From positions 192,001 to 256,000 of the forward strand of contig CAVSGM010000011.1 of the NCBI GenBank assembly GCA_963727485.1: a DNA stretch of 64,000 bases. Direction: 5' to 3'. This document shows positions 1 through 12,419 of the stretch, piece after piece. Under the pieces are notes generated by a model. The model did no database searches. It was given only the letters and a program-made list of their open reading frames with translations, and was not told where the DNA came from. Every line of letters starts with the position of its first letter. Within the stretch, counting starts at the first letter, position 1. Made by a program: the position numbers and the translations under genes. The DNA comes from an uncultured delta proteobacterium (lineage in GTDB: Bacteria; Myxococcota; Myxococcia; SLRQ01).

Positions 1-144
1 GTTCACCTGGCCGTCGAGGCCCCCGGGGAGGGTGATCGCCCGGCCGTCGAGGCGCTTGGCCTGGACCTCCGGAAACCGGCCGTTTCCGCCGGCGAGATCG
101 AGCACGGTCAGCGCCCCGAGCAGCAGGGCGAGCAGTGTGGACAT
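1..144 (-). CDS. 5' part of a secreted hypothetical protein (possibly thioredoxin-like fold), runs off window start
   Basis: Read manually: MSTLLALLLGALTVLDLAGGNGRFPEVQAKRLDGRAITLPRGLDGQVN; purine-rich RBS upstream. Confidence 0.55.
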   Translation of the reverse strand, partial: MSTLLALLLGALTVLDLAGGNGRFPEVQAKRLDGRAITLPGGLDGQVN

Positions 145-270
145 CGGACTTCCCCCCGTGAGCGGAGGCCTTGAAGGCCCGTCCGGCTCGGGGAGGAGTC
201 TAGGCCCGGCGCCTGCCCCCACCAGAGGAGGACACGCCCCGGACCAGTGTGCCCCACCCGGCGGGCGGGG

Positions 271-1882
<1,612 letters not shown>

Positions 1883-1917
1883 GGCGCTCGGTGGGTCGCA
1901 CGAGGCGGCAGGCGGTG

Positions 1918-3468
1918 TCAACGCCCGGGCGGGGTCGCCGGGAGGACCAGGGCCAGGGTGACCCCGTCGTCGGAGGGCTCGAGGACCGCCTCGCCGCCGA
2001 GGGTCTCCATCAGCCGGCGCACCACCGGGAGGCCCAGGCCCGTGCCCCCGGGGCGGGTGGTGAAGAAGGGCTCGAAGACCCGGTCCCGGTCGGCCTCGGG
2101 GATCGCCGGGCCGTCGTTGTGGATCCGGATCCGGTAGCCCGGGGGCGCGCCCCGGAGCGAGACGGTGACCTGGCCGTCGTCGGGGACGTGGACCAGGGCG
2201 TTGACCACCGTGTTGACCACCGCCCGTCGGAGGAGGTCGGGGTCGGTGGGGAGCCGGGGGAGCTCGGGCTCGAGAAAGAGGTCCACCCGGGCGCGCCGGG
2301 TCCCGACCTGGGGATCGAGGCGCGCCGCCGCCACCGCCTGGCGCACCACCCGGGCGAGATCGGTGGGGCGCAGGTCGACCTGGCCGGTGCGGGCGAAGTC
2401 GAGGAGGTCGGCGACCAGGCGCTCGAGGCGCTCGGTCTCGGCCTGGAGCGTCTCCACCAACGGCGCCACCGGGGCCTCGGTCACCAGCTTCCGGCGCAGG
2501 GCCTCGAGGGTGTTGGCGATGACCGCCAGCGGGTTTCGCACCTCGTGGGCCAGCACCGCCGCCATCTGCCCCAGCCCCGCCAGCCGCGCCTGCTGGGCCA
2601 CCTGGGCCTGGAGCTGCCCCAGGCGCAGGGCGGCGCCGATCTGGGCGGCGATGAGCTGCACCGCCACGAAGTCGTGCTCGGTGAGGTCCCGGCCGGTGAC
2701 CGCCAGGTGGTGGGTGACGCGGCCCGCGGTCTTGATGGGCACCCAGGCGCTGCGGATGAGCCGGGCCTCGGTCAGGCTGCGCGATACCCGGACCGCGTCC
2801 TTCACCGGGGTCCCCAGGACCTCGGGGACGTTGGAGAGGAAGATCCCCTGGCGGGTGCGCACCACCTCGGCGAGGACCGGCGTCTCCTCGAGGGGCAGGA
2901 ACCGGTCGACGAGGCTGCGGCCGTACTCACCGACCGGGTCGCCCTCGGGGGCGGCGAGCATCCTGCGGGTCACCGACCCCCCCTCGACCACCTCGGTGAA
3001 GGCGGCGCGCCAGCCGAGGGCCGCGAAGAGGGGCTCGCAGCGATCGAGGACGGCGTCGGCGGAGGCCATCGGCGCCCCGGCGGAGAGGTCGGCGAAGCGG
3101 GCCATCAGCCCCTCGGCGCGCTCGATCTCGGTGACGTCCCGGGCGGAGAGGACCAGCACCTGGTGGCCGTCCTCGTCCTCGGCGTAGCCGAAGCGCACGT
3201 CGGTGGCGATCGTCTCCCCGGGACCCCGGAGGAAGCGCAGGCGGCAGGTCTGGGGGATGTCCCAGCCGGCGGCGCGCTGGGTCTCCAGGGTGGCCAGGCG
3301 CGCGCGCTCCCCGGGGGCCAGGAGCCCGTCGAGGCGCAGGTGGGCGCCGGAGACCTCCCGGCCCAGGAGGCGCGCCGCGGCGGCGTTGCCCCACGCCACC
3401 TCCTCGTCCCGGACCAGGAGTACGGCGTCCGAGAGCGCGTCCAGGTACCTCGACTCGAGCTGCATCAT
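1918..3468 (-). CDS. Sensor histidine kinase with PAS-like/GAF-like N-terminal domains
   Basis: H-box [10 protein letters not shown]-box NTVVNA, DG motif, FEPFFTT, GTGLGL. Confidence 0.9.
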   Translation of the reverse strand: MMQLESRYLDALSDAVLLVRDEEVAWGNAAAARLLGREVSGAHLRLDGLLAPGERARLATLETQRAAGWDIPQTCRLRFLRGPGETIATDVRFGYAEDEDGHQVLVLSARDVTEIERAEGLMARFADLSAGAPMASADAVLDRCEPLFAALGWRAAFTEVVEGGSVTRRMLAAPEGDPVGEYGRSLVDRFLPLEETPVLAEVVRTRQGIFLSNVPEVLGTPVKDAVRVSRSLTEARLIRSAWVPIKTAGRVTHHLAVTGRDLTEHDFVAVQLIAAQIGAALRLGQLQAQVAQQARLAGLGQMAAVLAHEVRNPLAVIANTLEALRRKLVTEAPVAPLVETLQAETERLERLVADLLDFARTGQVDLRPTDLARVVRQAVAAARLDPQVGTRRARVDLFLEPELPRLPTDPDLLRRAVVNTVVNALVHVPDDGQVTVSLRGAPPGYRIRIHNDGPAIPEADRDRVFEPFFTTRPGGTGLGLPVVRRLMETLGGEAVLEPSDDGVTLALVLPATPPGR

Positions 3469-3645
3469 CCCCCCGGCCGGGCCGGCGGCCCATCAAGGAC
3501 AGTCTAGCCAACCCCCAGGGCCGCCACCACCCGCCCCGGCGTCGACGCCGAGGGGGGCACATTTCCCCGCCCGGACGCCCCCCGGGGAATGACTCACCGC
3601 GTCGAAGCGGTTGAAACCCGGACCCTATCTGGACTAGGAAGCCGC

Positions 3646-5253
3646 ATGCCCAACCTCACCGTCAGCAACGTCTCCAAGGCCTACGGCGCCAAGAAGCTCT
3701 TCGAAGAGGTGAACGTCGTGTTCACCGAGGGCCGCCGCTACGGCCTCACCGGCCCCAACGGCGCGGGCAAGTCGACGTTCATGAAGATCCTCTCGGGGGA
3801 CCTGGAGCCGGACACCGGCCACATCTCCCGCCCCAAGCGCACCAGCGTCCTGGAGCAGGACCAGTTCGCCTACGAGGCCCACCGGGTCATCGACGTGGTG
3901 ATGATGGGCAACCGCGTCCTCTGGGAGGCGATGCAGGAGAAGGAGCATCTCCTGGAGAAGGACCCCCTCACCGACGAGGACGGGATGCGCCTCGGGGAGC
4001 TCGAGGGGACCATCGCCGAGGAGGACGGCTACACCGCCGAGGCCGAGGCCGGTGAGCTCCTCGAGGGCCTGGGGCTGCCCACCAGCGAGCACGAGAAGAC
4101 GATGAAGGAGATCACCGGCGGCTACAAGCTGCGGGTGCTCTTGGCCAAGGCCCTCTTCGGCCGGCCCCAGGCGCTCCTCCTCGACGAGCCCACCAACAAC
4201 CTCGACCTCGACTCCATCGCCTGGCTCGAGCACTTCCTGCGCAGCTACGACGGCGTGCTCATCACCATCTCCCACGATCGCCACTTCCTCAACCAGGTCT
4301 CCACGCACACCGCCGACATCGATTACGAGTCGATCATCGTCTACACCGGCGGCTACGACGAGATGATCATGGCCAAGGCGCAGATCCGCTCCAAGGTCGA
4401 GTCGGACAACTCCGAGAAGCAGAAGAAGGTCGCCCAGCTCAACGAGTTCATCGCCAAGTTCTCCGCGGGCACCCGCGCCAGCCAGGTCCAGAGCCGGCGC
4501 AAGCAGCTCGAAAAGCTCAAGATGTCGGACCTCAAGCGGTCCAACATCGCCCGGCCCTTCATCCGCTTCGACGTCAAGCGCCCCTCGGGCAAGCAGGTGG
4601 TCACCTTCGACGGGGTGAGCAAGCGCTGGCCCGACTGCCGGGTCTGCGACGACCTCCACGCGGTGATCACCCGGGGTGAGAAGGTGGCGGTCATCGGCCA
4701 CAACGGCGTGGGCAAGAGCACCCTGTGCAAGCTCCTGGTCGACGACCTCACCCCCGACGAGGGCGAGGTGAAGTGGGGCCACGCGGTGAGCGTCGGCTAC
4801 CTCGCCCAGGATCACCGGGACTCCATCCCCGACGGCACCACCGCCGCCGAGTACCTCCACTCCTTCGACGAGAAGGCCGACAACCAGGCCATCCGCGGGC
4901 TCCTGGGGCGGATGCTGTTCAAGGGCGAGGAGGGGCTCAAGCCCACCGAGGCCCTCTCCGGGGGCGAGGCGGTGCGCCTGATCTTCTCCCGGCTGATGCT
5001 CACCGGCGACAACGTCCTGGTCCTCGACGAGCCCACCAACCACCTCGACCTGGAGTCGATCATCGCCCTCGGCGACGCCCTCGAGCGCTACGAGGGGACC
5101 GCCTTCGTGGTGAGCCACGACCGGGACCTCATCTCCAGCTTCGCGACGAGGCTCTTCGTGTTCACCAACCAGGGGCTCGTCGACTTCCGCGGCAGCTACG
5201 AGGAGTACGTGGAGAAGATGGGCGGCGACGAGCTGGTGCGCGCCGCCCACTAG
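3646..5253 (+). CDS. ABC-F family ATPase (YbiT-like ribosome-associated factor)
   Basis: Two ABC cassettes (GPNGAGKS/LLLDEPTNNLD; GHNGVGKS/LSGGE/LDEPTNHLD), no TM domain. Confidence 0.92.
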   Translation: MPNLTVSNVSKAYGAKKLFEEVNVVFTEGRRYGLTGPNGAGKSTFMKILSGDLEPDTGHISRPKRTSVLEQDQFAYEAHRVIDVVMMGNRVLWEAMQEKEHLLEKDPLTDEDGMRLGELEGTIAEEDGYTAEAEAGELLEGLGLPTSEHEKTMKEITGGYKLRVLLAKALFGRPQALLLDEPTNNLDLDSIAWLEHFLRSYDGVLITISHDRHFLNQVSTHTADIDYESIIVYTGGYDEMIMAKAQIRSKVESDNSEKQKKVAQLNEFIAKFSAGTRASQVQSRRKQLEKLKMSDLKRSNIARPFIRFDVKRPSGKQVVTFDGVSKRWPDCRVCDDLHAVITRGEKVAVIGHNGVGKSTLCKLLVDDLTPDEGEVKWGHAVSVGYLAQDHRDSIPDGTTAAEYLHSFDEKADNQAIRGLLGRMLFKGEEGLKPTEALSGGEAVRLIFSRLMLTGDNVLVLDEPTNHLDLESIIALGDALERYEGTAFVVSHDRDLISSFATRLFVFTNQGLVDFRGSYEEYVEKMGGDELVRAAH

Positions 5254-5262
5254 TCGCCGCGG

Positions 5263-5514
5263 TCAGCGCAGCCGGGCCAGGGGCGTCGGGGGCTCGAGGC
5301 AGGGCGTGATGGTGGCCAGGGGCGAGGTCAGGGGCCGGGGCTTCTCGAGCTCCAGGCGTGGCGTCGCCGGGCCCAGGGCCACCGGCACCTCGGTGCGGAC
5401 CACGTCGGTCGTCGCGTCGCTCCGCTGGCCCAGGAAGCGGCCGGCGGAGACCACGAGGGTGGCGGCGAGGAGCAGGGTGGTCAGGGTGGCGAAGAGTGCG
5501 TTGAACACGCGCAT
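5263..5514 (-). CDS. Small hypothetical protein with N-terminal hydrophobic helix
   Basis: MRVFNALFATLTTLLLAATLVVSAG; GGAGG RBS upstream. Confidence 0.55.
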   Translation of the reverse strand: MRVFNALFATLTTLLLAATLVVSAGRFLGQRSDATTDVVRTEVPVALGPATPRLELEKPRPLTSPLATITPCLEPPTPLARLR

Positions 5515-5727
5515 GACATCCTCCGGTTTCGACGCTCGAACCGTCCTACGCGGGGCGGGCCCGCACATTTCGATTCGCTCGATGCCGCCCGCCCGTCACG
5601 CCCCGGAAGCCACCCTGGGGGCCCCGGGTCGGGGCAGGATCGCCCCGGGGAGACAGGCCCCTCCGGGGTGGCGCCGGCGCGCATTTGATTGGCGCTTTCC
5701 CGCCGTTGTGGCTACACGTGTTGCCTG

Positions 5728-6337
5728 ATGCAGCCCCAAGTGCGCCCCCCCAAGGCTCCCAGGGAGAAGGAGTCCCTCGTCACCCGCGCCCTGCGGTTCG
5801 GGCGGAGCCTCGTGGTCGGCGCCGGCGCCACGCTGGCCAATCTCACCACCCTGACCACCCTGGTCGCCGTCTTCCACGTGAGCCCGGAGACGGCGAACGT
5901 GCCGTCGCTCCTGGTGGGCCTGGCGGTGCAGTTCATCGGGGCGCGGCAGTGGGTGTTCAAGGCCGGCGACGGGAGCTTCAGGCGCCACCTTAGCCTCTTC
6001 GTCGTGGTGGAGACCGGCGCCCTGGTCCTCAACGCGGTGATCTTCTGGGCGGCGGTGCGCTACACCCCCGTCCCCTATTGGGCCGCGCGGCCGGTGGGGA
6101 CCTTCCTGGTGTACGTGGGCTTCAGCTACCCCCTGTGGAAGCGGATTCTCCCGGGTGGAGGCGGCCCGGGACCACGACCCCGAGGCGACGGTGGTGACCG
6201 TCCCCGAGGAGGCGGTGCCCCCGGGGGCCGCCTCCGGGGACGGGCCCGCGGCGGGAGCACGCGACCCGTCGGCGGCCTCGGACACCGCCCCGTCCACCGG
6301 GGCGGCCGAGCAGCCCCGGGCCGCCCGGCACGCCTAG
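5728..6337 (+). CDS. GtrA-like membrane protein (probable frameshift near 6150)
   Basis: Four hydrophobic segments, RF..VG..ATL.N pattern, QWVF motif; acidic tail probably continues in ORF 6155..6337. Confidence 0.65.
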
Positions 6338-6343
6338 ACCCGC

Positions 6344-6997
6344 CTATCCAGCCAGGATCACCCGGGCCACCACCCCGAAGTGGCAGAGGCACGCGGCGAT
6401 CACCAGGGCGTGGAAGACCTCGTGGTACCCGAAGGTCCGGGGCAGGGGGTCGGGCCACTGGAGGGCGTAGGTCACCGCCCCCAGGGTGTAGAGGAGCCCC
6501 CCGCCGACGATCAGCGCCACGGCCCCGGCCCCGAGGCTCGCGTAGAGCGCCGGGAGGGCGGCGACGGCGAACCAGCCGAGGGTCACGTAGAGGGACGCGC
6601 GGATCCACCGGGGCGCCCGGTGCCAGAGGAGGCCCACGGTGATCCCGGTGACGGCGCCGGCCCAGATGGCCCAGAGGAACACCCCGCCGCCCCGGCCGCG
6701 CAGGGCCAGGACCGAGAGCGGGGTGAAGGTCCCGGCGATGAAGAGGAAGATGGTGGCGTGGTCGAGGCGGCGCATCCGCCGGAGCGCCCGGGCCGACCAT
6801 TGGGGCCGGTGGTAGAGGGCGCTGATCCCGAACATCGCCGCCAGGGTCACCGCGTAGATGGCGCCGGCGATCCCCGCGCGGGCGTCGGGCGCGCGGGCCA
6901 CCAGCACTCCCCCGCCGACCAGGGCGAAGAAGAAGGCGATCTCGTGGGAGACGCCGCGGAGGCGGGGCTTGCCCCGGGGCAGGGTGGTGGTGGCCAT
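6344..6997 (-). CDS. Hemolysin III / PAQR family membrane protein
   Basis: KPRLRG.SH, SALYH, RRLDHATIFLFIAGTFTP, GYHEVFH. Confidence 0.92.
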   Translation of the reverse strand: MATTTLPRGKPRLRGVSHEIAFFFALVGGGVLVARAPDARAGIAGAIYAVTLAAMFGISALYHRPQWSARALRRMRRLDHATIFLFIAGTFTPLSVLALRGRGGGVFLWAIWAGAVTGITVGLLWHRAPRWIRASLYVTLGWFAVAALPALYASLGAGAVALIVGGGLLYTLGAVTYALQWPDPLPRTFGYHEVFHALVIAACLCHFGVVARVILAG

Positions 6998-7056
6998 GGC
7001 TTCAAGGTAGGCCACCGTGCGTCAGGGCGGGGTCACGAGGTGGTCACGCCTGCGGG

Positions 7057-7296
7057 TCAGAAGTGGAGCACCCCGAAGCGCCGGAGCAGGATCACCGCGG
7101 TGGCCGCCAGCAGCCCGATGACGATGCCGATCTCCAGGGCCCGGAGGCCCCCGCCGGCCTTCTTCTTCTTGGGCCCGGCGCCCACGACGCGCTTGAGGCC
7201 GCCGCGCATGCCCAGCATCATCCCCCGGGCCTGGCCGCCGCCCTCGCCGCTGCCGTGGCGCTTCTTGCGCTTCTTGGTGCCCCGCTTCTTGGACAT
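7057..7296 (-). CDS. Small basic hypothetical membrane protein
   Basis: MSKKRGTKKRKK...LEIGIVIGLLAATAVILL; GGAGG RBS. Confidence 0.55.
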   Translation of the reverse strand: MSKKRGTKKRKKRHGSGEGGGQARGMMLGMRGGLKRVVGAGPKKKKAGGGLRALEIGIVIGLLAATAVILLRRFGVLHF

Positions 7297-7354
7297 GGTG
7301 CCTCCGGGCGGGACCTTGCCCCGCCGGCCCCCGGGGATCAAGGCTGGTGTCAGA

Positions 7355-7624
7355 ATGGCGATGGGCTCTGGCGGGTTCCTGCAGGCCAAGGACATCATGA
7401 AGGACATGGCCCGGCAGACGTCCGAGTCCCGCGGCTACGACCTGTCCACCGAGGCGGTGATGATGCTCGGCATCTACGCCCTCCTCACCGTCGGCGGCCT
7501 CTTCACCCAGGTGCTGGGGGCGGCCCTCGTGGACCTCTGGCTGGTCTCCCGGGTGCGCCAGGACCTGATCTTCGCCCGGCGCTTCGGCCCCAACCCCTTC
7601 GACGCGCCCGCCGCGCCGCTGTAG
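7355..7624 (+). CDS. Small hypothetical membrane protein (possibly a fragment)
   Basis: Coding-like codon usage and a TM segment; ends 10 nt before the pfkB-like gene. Confidence 0.45.
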   Translation: MAMGSGGFLQAKDIMKDMARQTSESRGYDLSTEAVMMLGIYALLTVGGLFTQVLGAALVDLWLVSRVRQDLIFARRFGPNPFDAPAAPL

Positions 7625-7634
7625 CCTGGAGGAC

Positions 7635-8495
7635 ATGGCGTCCCCCCCGCGGATCGCGGTCATCGGCCACGTGGAGCACATCACCCTGGGCCGGGTCGAT
7701 CGGCTCCCCGACACCGGCGAGATCGTCCACCTCGAGGACGCGGTGGTCTTCCCCGGCGGCGGCGGGGGCGTGGCCTTCTGGCAGCTGGTCCACGGGCCCG
7801 GCGCCGTGGAGCTGTTCACCGCCCTTGGCGACGACGACGCGGGCCGGGTGGTCGCCGCCCGCCTCGGCCCCACCGGCGCCACCGTCCACGCCGCCCGCCG
7901 CGCCGGGGCCCACACCCGGGACCTGGTGATGGTCACCCCCGACGGCGAGCGGACCATCGTCGTGGTCGGCTGGCCGCTGCACCCGGAGCGCGCCGACGAC
8001 CTCCCCTGGGACCGCCTCGCCGCCTGCGACGCCGCCTACTTCACCGCCCAGGATCCGGGGGCCCTCGTCGCCGCCCGGGCGGCGCGGCGCCTGGTGGTCA
8101 GCAGCCGCCGCCAGGTGGCCCTGCGCCGGGCCGGGGTCGAGGCCGACGTGGTGGTGGGCAGCGCCGTCGACCGGGTCGAGGCCTGCGCCCTGGTCGACTT
8201 CCCGGTGCCGCCCCGGGCCCTGGTGATGACCGAGGGCCCCGAGGGCGGCTACGTGGAGACCGACGCCGGCACCGAGCGCTTCGAGGCCCCGCGCCTCCGG
8301 GGCCCGGTGCAGGCGGCCTACGGCGCCGGGGACAGCTTCGCCGGGGCCCTGACCTTCTACCTCGCCTGCGGGCTCCCGGTGATCGAGGCCTGCCGCCGCG
8401 CGACGGAGCACGGGGCCGCGGTCCTCGCCGGCGCCGGCGACGATCCCCTCGCCCGCCAGAAGCCCCTGCCCTGGCCGGTCACCGCCTCGCGGTGA
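7635..8495 (+). CDS. PfkB family carbohydrate kinase
   Basis: GGGGG N-terminal motif, MTEGPEGG, C-terminal GAGDSFAG signature. Confidence 0.88.
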   Translation: MASPPRIAVIGHVEHITLGRVDRLPDTGEIVHLEDAVVFPGGGGGVAFWQLVHGPGAVELFTALGDDDAGRVVAARLGPTGATVHAARRAGAHTRDLVMVTPDGERTIVVVGWPLHPERADDLPWDRLAACDAAYFTAQDPGALVAARAARRLVVSSRRQVALRRAGVEADVVVGSAVDRVEACALVDFPVPPRALVMTEGPEGGYVETDAGTERFEAPRLRGPVQAAYGAGDSFAGALTFYLACGLPVIEACRRATEHGAAVLAGAGDDPLARQKPLPWPVTASR

Positions 8496-9816
8496 GGATC
8501 GCCGGGACTCCGTCCCGGGGGCGCAGGGTGACGCTCGCCAGGGTGCGGATGGTGTGGTCCGGGGCGAGGCCCACCCGGAAGCGCTGGAGCACCGACGCCA
8601 GGATCAGGGTGGCCTCCACCAAGGCGAAGCGCTCGCCGATGCACAGGCGCTGGCCGCCGCCGAAAGGGAAATAGGCGAAGCGCGCCATCGCCGCCTCGCC
8701 CTCGGGGAGGAAGCGGTCGGGATCGAAGCGCAGGGGGTGGGGGTGGAAGCGCCGATCCCGGTGGACGATCCACTGGGACATCACCACCTGGGCCCCGCGG
8801 GGGAGCCGGTGCCCGCCGATCTCCACGTCCTCGGTGGCCTCCCGGCCGATGGCCCACACCGGCGGGTAGAGGCGCATGCCCTCCTTCACCGCGCGGGTCA
8901 CCGGGGCCAGGCGCTCGAGGTCGTCCACCGTCGGGGGCCGGTCGCCGAGGACCGCGCGGACCTCCTCGGCGAGGCCCGCTTCGAGCTCCGGGTGGCGGGC
9001 GAGGAGGACCAGGGTCCAGGTCAGGGCCACCGCGGTGGTCTCGTGGCCGGCGCTGAAGAGGGTGAGGACCTCGTCCCGGAGCTGCCGGTCGCTCATGCCC
9101 TGGCCGTCGCCCTCGTCCCGGGCGTCGAGGAGGACCTGGAGCAGATCGTCCTGGGAGGTGGGGGCGCGGCGCCGGGCCTCGATGAGGCGGTAGACGATCC
9201 GGTCGAGCTCGGCGACGGCCTCCCGGCGCTTGAGGTGGCTCGGGGTGGGCACCCACACCGGGAGGTGCACCGGGCTGGCGAGGTAGGCGGCGAAGCCCTC
9301 CATGAGCCGGGCGATGGCGGCGCCCACCCGCGGCGTGTCCTCGCCCACCTCGGCGCCGAAGAGGGTCCGGGCGACGATGTCCAGGGTGAGCTCGGCCAGG
9401 GCCGCGTGGAGGTCGAGGCGCTGCCCGTCGCGCCAGGTGGCGAGCATCGCCTCGGTGCGCGCGCCCATCACCCGGGTGTAGGCGGCGATCCGCGCCTTGT
9501 GGAAGGCGGGCTGCATCAGCCGTCGCTGGCGCAGCCACAGGTCGCCCTCGCTGGTGACCAGGCCGTCGCCGAGGGCGTGGCGGAGGTAGCGGGTGTCCAG
9601 GCTCTTCACGAAGTGGCGGTTCCGGGTGACCAGGACCTCCTGGATGAGCGCCGGGTGGCTCACCAGGAACACCGGGACCCCCGGGACCTGGAGGCGCACC
9701 AGGTCGCCGTGGCGGCTGGCGATGCCCTGGAGGAAGCCCGGCGGGTCGTCCCGGAAGAGGACCAGGCGCTTGAGTCGGGTGACGAGGCCGAGCCGAGGGA
9801 CCGCCGCGGGGTTCAT
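8479..9816 (-). CDS. Cytochrome P450
   Basis: I-helix AGHETT, K-helix EGMR, FDPDRF, heme motif PFGGGQRLCIG. Confidence 0.95.
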   Translation of the reverse strand: MNPAAVPRLGLVTRLKRLVLFRDDPPGFLQGIASRHGDLVRLQVPGVPVFLVSHPALIQEVLVTRNRHFVKSLDTRYLRHALGDGLVTSEGDLWLRQRRLMQPAFHKARIAAYTRVMGARTEAMLATWRDGQRLDLHAALAELTLDIVARTLFGAEVGEDTPRVGAAIARLMEGFAAYLASPVHLPVWVPTPSHLKRREAVAELDRIVYRLIEARRRAPTSQDDLLQVLLDARDEGDGQGMSDRQLRDEVLTLFSAGHETTAVALTWTLVLLARHPELEAGLAEEVRAVLGDRPPTVDDLERLAPVTRAVKEGMRLYPPVWAIGREATEDVEIGGHRLPRGAQVVMSQWIVHRDRRFHPHPLRFDPDRFLPEGEAAMARFAYFPFGGGQRLCIGERFALVEATLILASVLQRFRVGLAPDHTIRTLASVTLRPRDGVPAILTARR

Positions 9817-9908
9817 GGGGCCAGCATGGACCAGCCGGTGAGGCGCCGCCAGAATCCGGCACGCCGGTCCCTTGGGGGCTTCTTCGGGGCGGCCGGGAGG
9901 CGAGGGGC

Positions 9909-10685
9909 TCACCGCGTGGCGTTCCGGACGGCGGCGAGGTCCGCCTGGCAGGCGGCGTCGAAGCCCAGGGTCGGCGAGGTGTGGGCCGCCAGCCGGCGGG
10001 CGACGCGCAGGGGCACGGCCTCGCCGCGGGTGGCCCAGTACATCACGCAGTACGGGGAGGCGTCGTGGTGCGGGTGGTCCGGGTCCTCGTGGTCGGTGAC
10101 CATGGGGACGCCGAGGTTCACCAGCCCCAGGAGGTGGCCGGTCTCGTGGGTCCACACCCACAGCTCGGTGCCCGCGCACACGGCCTCCCGCTGGTCCGGG
10201 TCGGTCACCCGGGCGCAGGTGTCGGCGACGGTCTCGGCGAAGACGGCGATGGTGGAGTGGCCCCAGGCGAGGCCCAGGGTCTCGTTGCCGGGGACGTCGC
10301 CCTCGTCGTGGCCGTCGACGAAGAGCACGTGCATCTTCACGGTGTCGGCGGCGACGCGGCAATCGTCGGTGGCGTCGGCGAGGGCCGCGAGCTCGTCGAA
10401 GGTCCAGGCGTGGTCCGAGCCGGCCGCGGCCAGGGTGCCGTCGAGGACGGCCTCGATGCCCCCGGGCTTGTCCAGGAGCGGGTCGAGGCCGAGGACCAGG
10501 TCCCGGGCGGTGGTCGCCCGGGGCTCGAAGCCGGGGACCGCGTCGACCTCGATGACCAGCCGGCTGTAGCGGTCGGCGCGCACGTAGTCCCCGACGCGCG
10601 CCGCGCCGCTCGCCCCCGACCCGGCCCCGGGACCGCAGGCCGAAAGGCCAACCAGGAGAAGTACCGCCATCCGGGTCCGAGCCAT
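9909..10685 (-). CDS. Lipoprotein, putative zinc metalloprotease
   Basis: Lipobox LSAC; HETGHLLGL and Met-turn-like CVM. Confidence 0.7.
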   Translation of the reverse strand: MARTRMAVLLLVGLSACGPGAGSGASGAARVGDYVRADRYSRLVIEVDAVPGFEPRATTARDLVLGLDPLLDKPGGIEAVLDGTLAAAGSDHAWTFDELAALADATDDCRVAADTVKMHVLFVDGHDEGDVPGNETLGLAWGHSTIAVFAETVADTCARVTDPDQREAVCAGTELWVWTHETGHLLGLVNLGVPMVTDHEDPDHPHHDASPYCVMYWATRGEAVPLRVARRLAAHTSPTLGFDAACQADLAAVRNATR

Positions 10686-11017
10686 CGTTCCCCCGCTACC
10701 ACCGCCAGCCTAGGCTCCCGGTGGCCCCGCTGCACCGGTGGGTGTCTTCCCCTGGGGTCGCGCCGGGCAAAGCCTGCGTGGGTCCCGCCGCGCCGGCGTG
10801 AAGGCTGCGGTGCCGCGGCGCCCGGATCTCACGCATTCTCCACGGGTCCAGGCGTCTGGCGCGCTGGCACGGGGCTGGCACTCGACCAGAGGAGGTGTCC
10901 CCGCCTGGCCGCATGGCCGGGTGGCTGGGCGCCCACGGGCCTCGCACTTCGGGGGGAGTCGCGGGGCCCGTGCTCGTCCGCCTCACGGGGCCGTCGGCGG
11001 GCCCGGCCCGCCCGGGC

Positions 11018-11500
11018 TCACGGCGCCACGCAGGTGGCGGTGCCCGAGCTGTCGTCGCAGGTGCCGTTCTCCTTGCAGGGCCCGAGCTGGGGGCACCACT
11101 GGCCGTCGACGCAGCCCTGGCTCACCGACACGGTCCGCCCGTCGCAGGCGAGCATCTCCGGGTGGCCGTCGGGGTTGCACCAGCCGAGGGTGGTGGCGCC
11201 CGACGGGGGGCAGGCGTCGCGGTCGGCGTCGCCCTGCACCTCGCAGCTCAGGGTGTCGCCGGAGACCGAGCACCCGCCGGCGCAGTGGACCTTCCGGTAG
11301 ACCCGGTCCTGGCAGTTGCCGGCGCCATAGCAGGCGTCGGTGAGCTCGCAGTCGAGGGCGTAGCCGCCCGAGAGGCACTTGGCGCCGGAGGTGCACTTGG
11401 CGCCCTCGGCGGGCGGGGGCTGGGGGGCGCCACACCCGGCGAGGGCGAGGGCGGCGGCCCCGAGGAGGGCGGCGAGGGCGGCGGGACGCATGGGCCGCAT
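11018..11500 (-). CDS. Cysteine-rich lipoprotein
   Basis: Lipobox LAGC followed by many Cys residues. Confidence 0.65.
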   Translation of the reverse strand: MRPMRPAALAALLGAAALALAGCGAPQPPPAEGAKCTSGAKCLSGGYALDCELTDACYGAGNCQDRVYRKVHCAGGCSVSGDTLSCEVQGDADRDACPPSGATTLGWCNPDGHPEMLACDGRTVSVSQGCVDGQWCPQLGPCKENGTCDDSSGTATCVAP

Positions 11501-11540
11501 GGTACCCGAAACCGGCCGGGGCCCGCCTTACGCCGGTCGC

Positions 11541-12358
11541 CTATCGCACCCCGGCGACCAGCAGCCCCAGCACCAGGCCCCCGAAGAGGATCCGGTAGAT
11601 GGCAAAGGGCACGAAGCCCCGGGTCCGCACCCAGTTCATGAACCAGGCGACCACCCCGTAGGCGACCACGAAGCTCACCCCGAAGCCGATGGCCAGCACG
11701 ATCCACTCCTCGGGGGTCTTGGGCCCGGCCCCGAGGGCGCCGCCGTGGCGCAGGGACTTGAGGAGGATCGTAGCCGGTGGCGGCGACCATGGTGGGGATG
11801 GAGAGCAGGAACGAGAACTCGAGGGCCGCGGGGCGGCTCATCTTCGCCAGCTGCCCGCCGGCGATGGTGGCCATGGACCGGCTGGTCCCGGGGAAGACCG
11901 CGGAGAAGATCTGGCAGAAGCCCACCCAGGCCGACTGCTTGTAGCTCATGGCCTCCACCGACTCGGTCTGCACCTTGGCGGTGACGTCGACCACCCACAT
12001 GATCGACGCCGCCGACGACCAGCGAGGTGCCCATCACCCACTCGCTCTCCAGGTTCTTGCCGATGACCTTGGTGAGCATCAGCGCCGGGATCGCGGTGAC
12101 CACGAAGGCGAGGCTGGTGAGGAAGATCGGCTTGTAGTCGCCGGTGACGAAGGTCCAGAGCCGCTTGCGGAAGTAGATCGGCAGGGTGAGGATCGCCCCG
12201 AGCTGGATGACGATGGTGAACATCTTCCAGTAGGGGTCGGTCAGGGGCACTCCCAGCCACCCCTCGGCGAGGCGGAGGTGGGCCGTGGAGGACACCGGGA
12301 GGAACTCGGTGAGGCCTTCGATGATCCCGAGGACGAGCGAGAGGAGGTAGTGGTTCAC
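11541..12358 (-). CDS. uppP: Undecaprenyl-diphosphate phosphatase (two frameshifts)
   Basis: [47 protein letters not shown]. Confidence 0.9.
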
Positions 12359-12419
12359 GATCTGCGCACGCTACACCGGGGGCCGGGACGGGAGAAGGGG
12401 GCGGTCGCGGGCGATCCGC

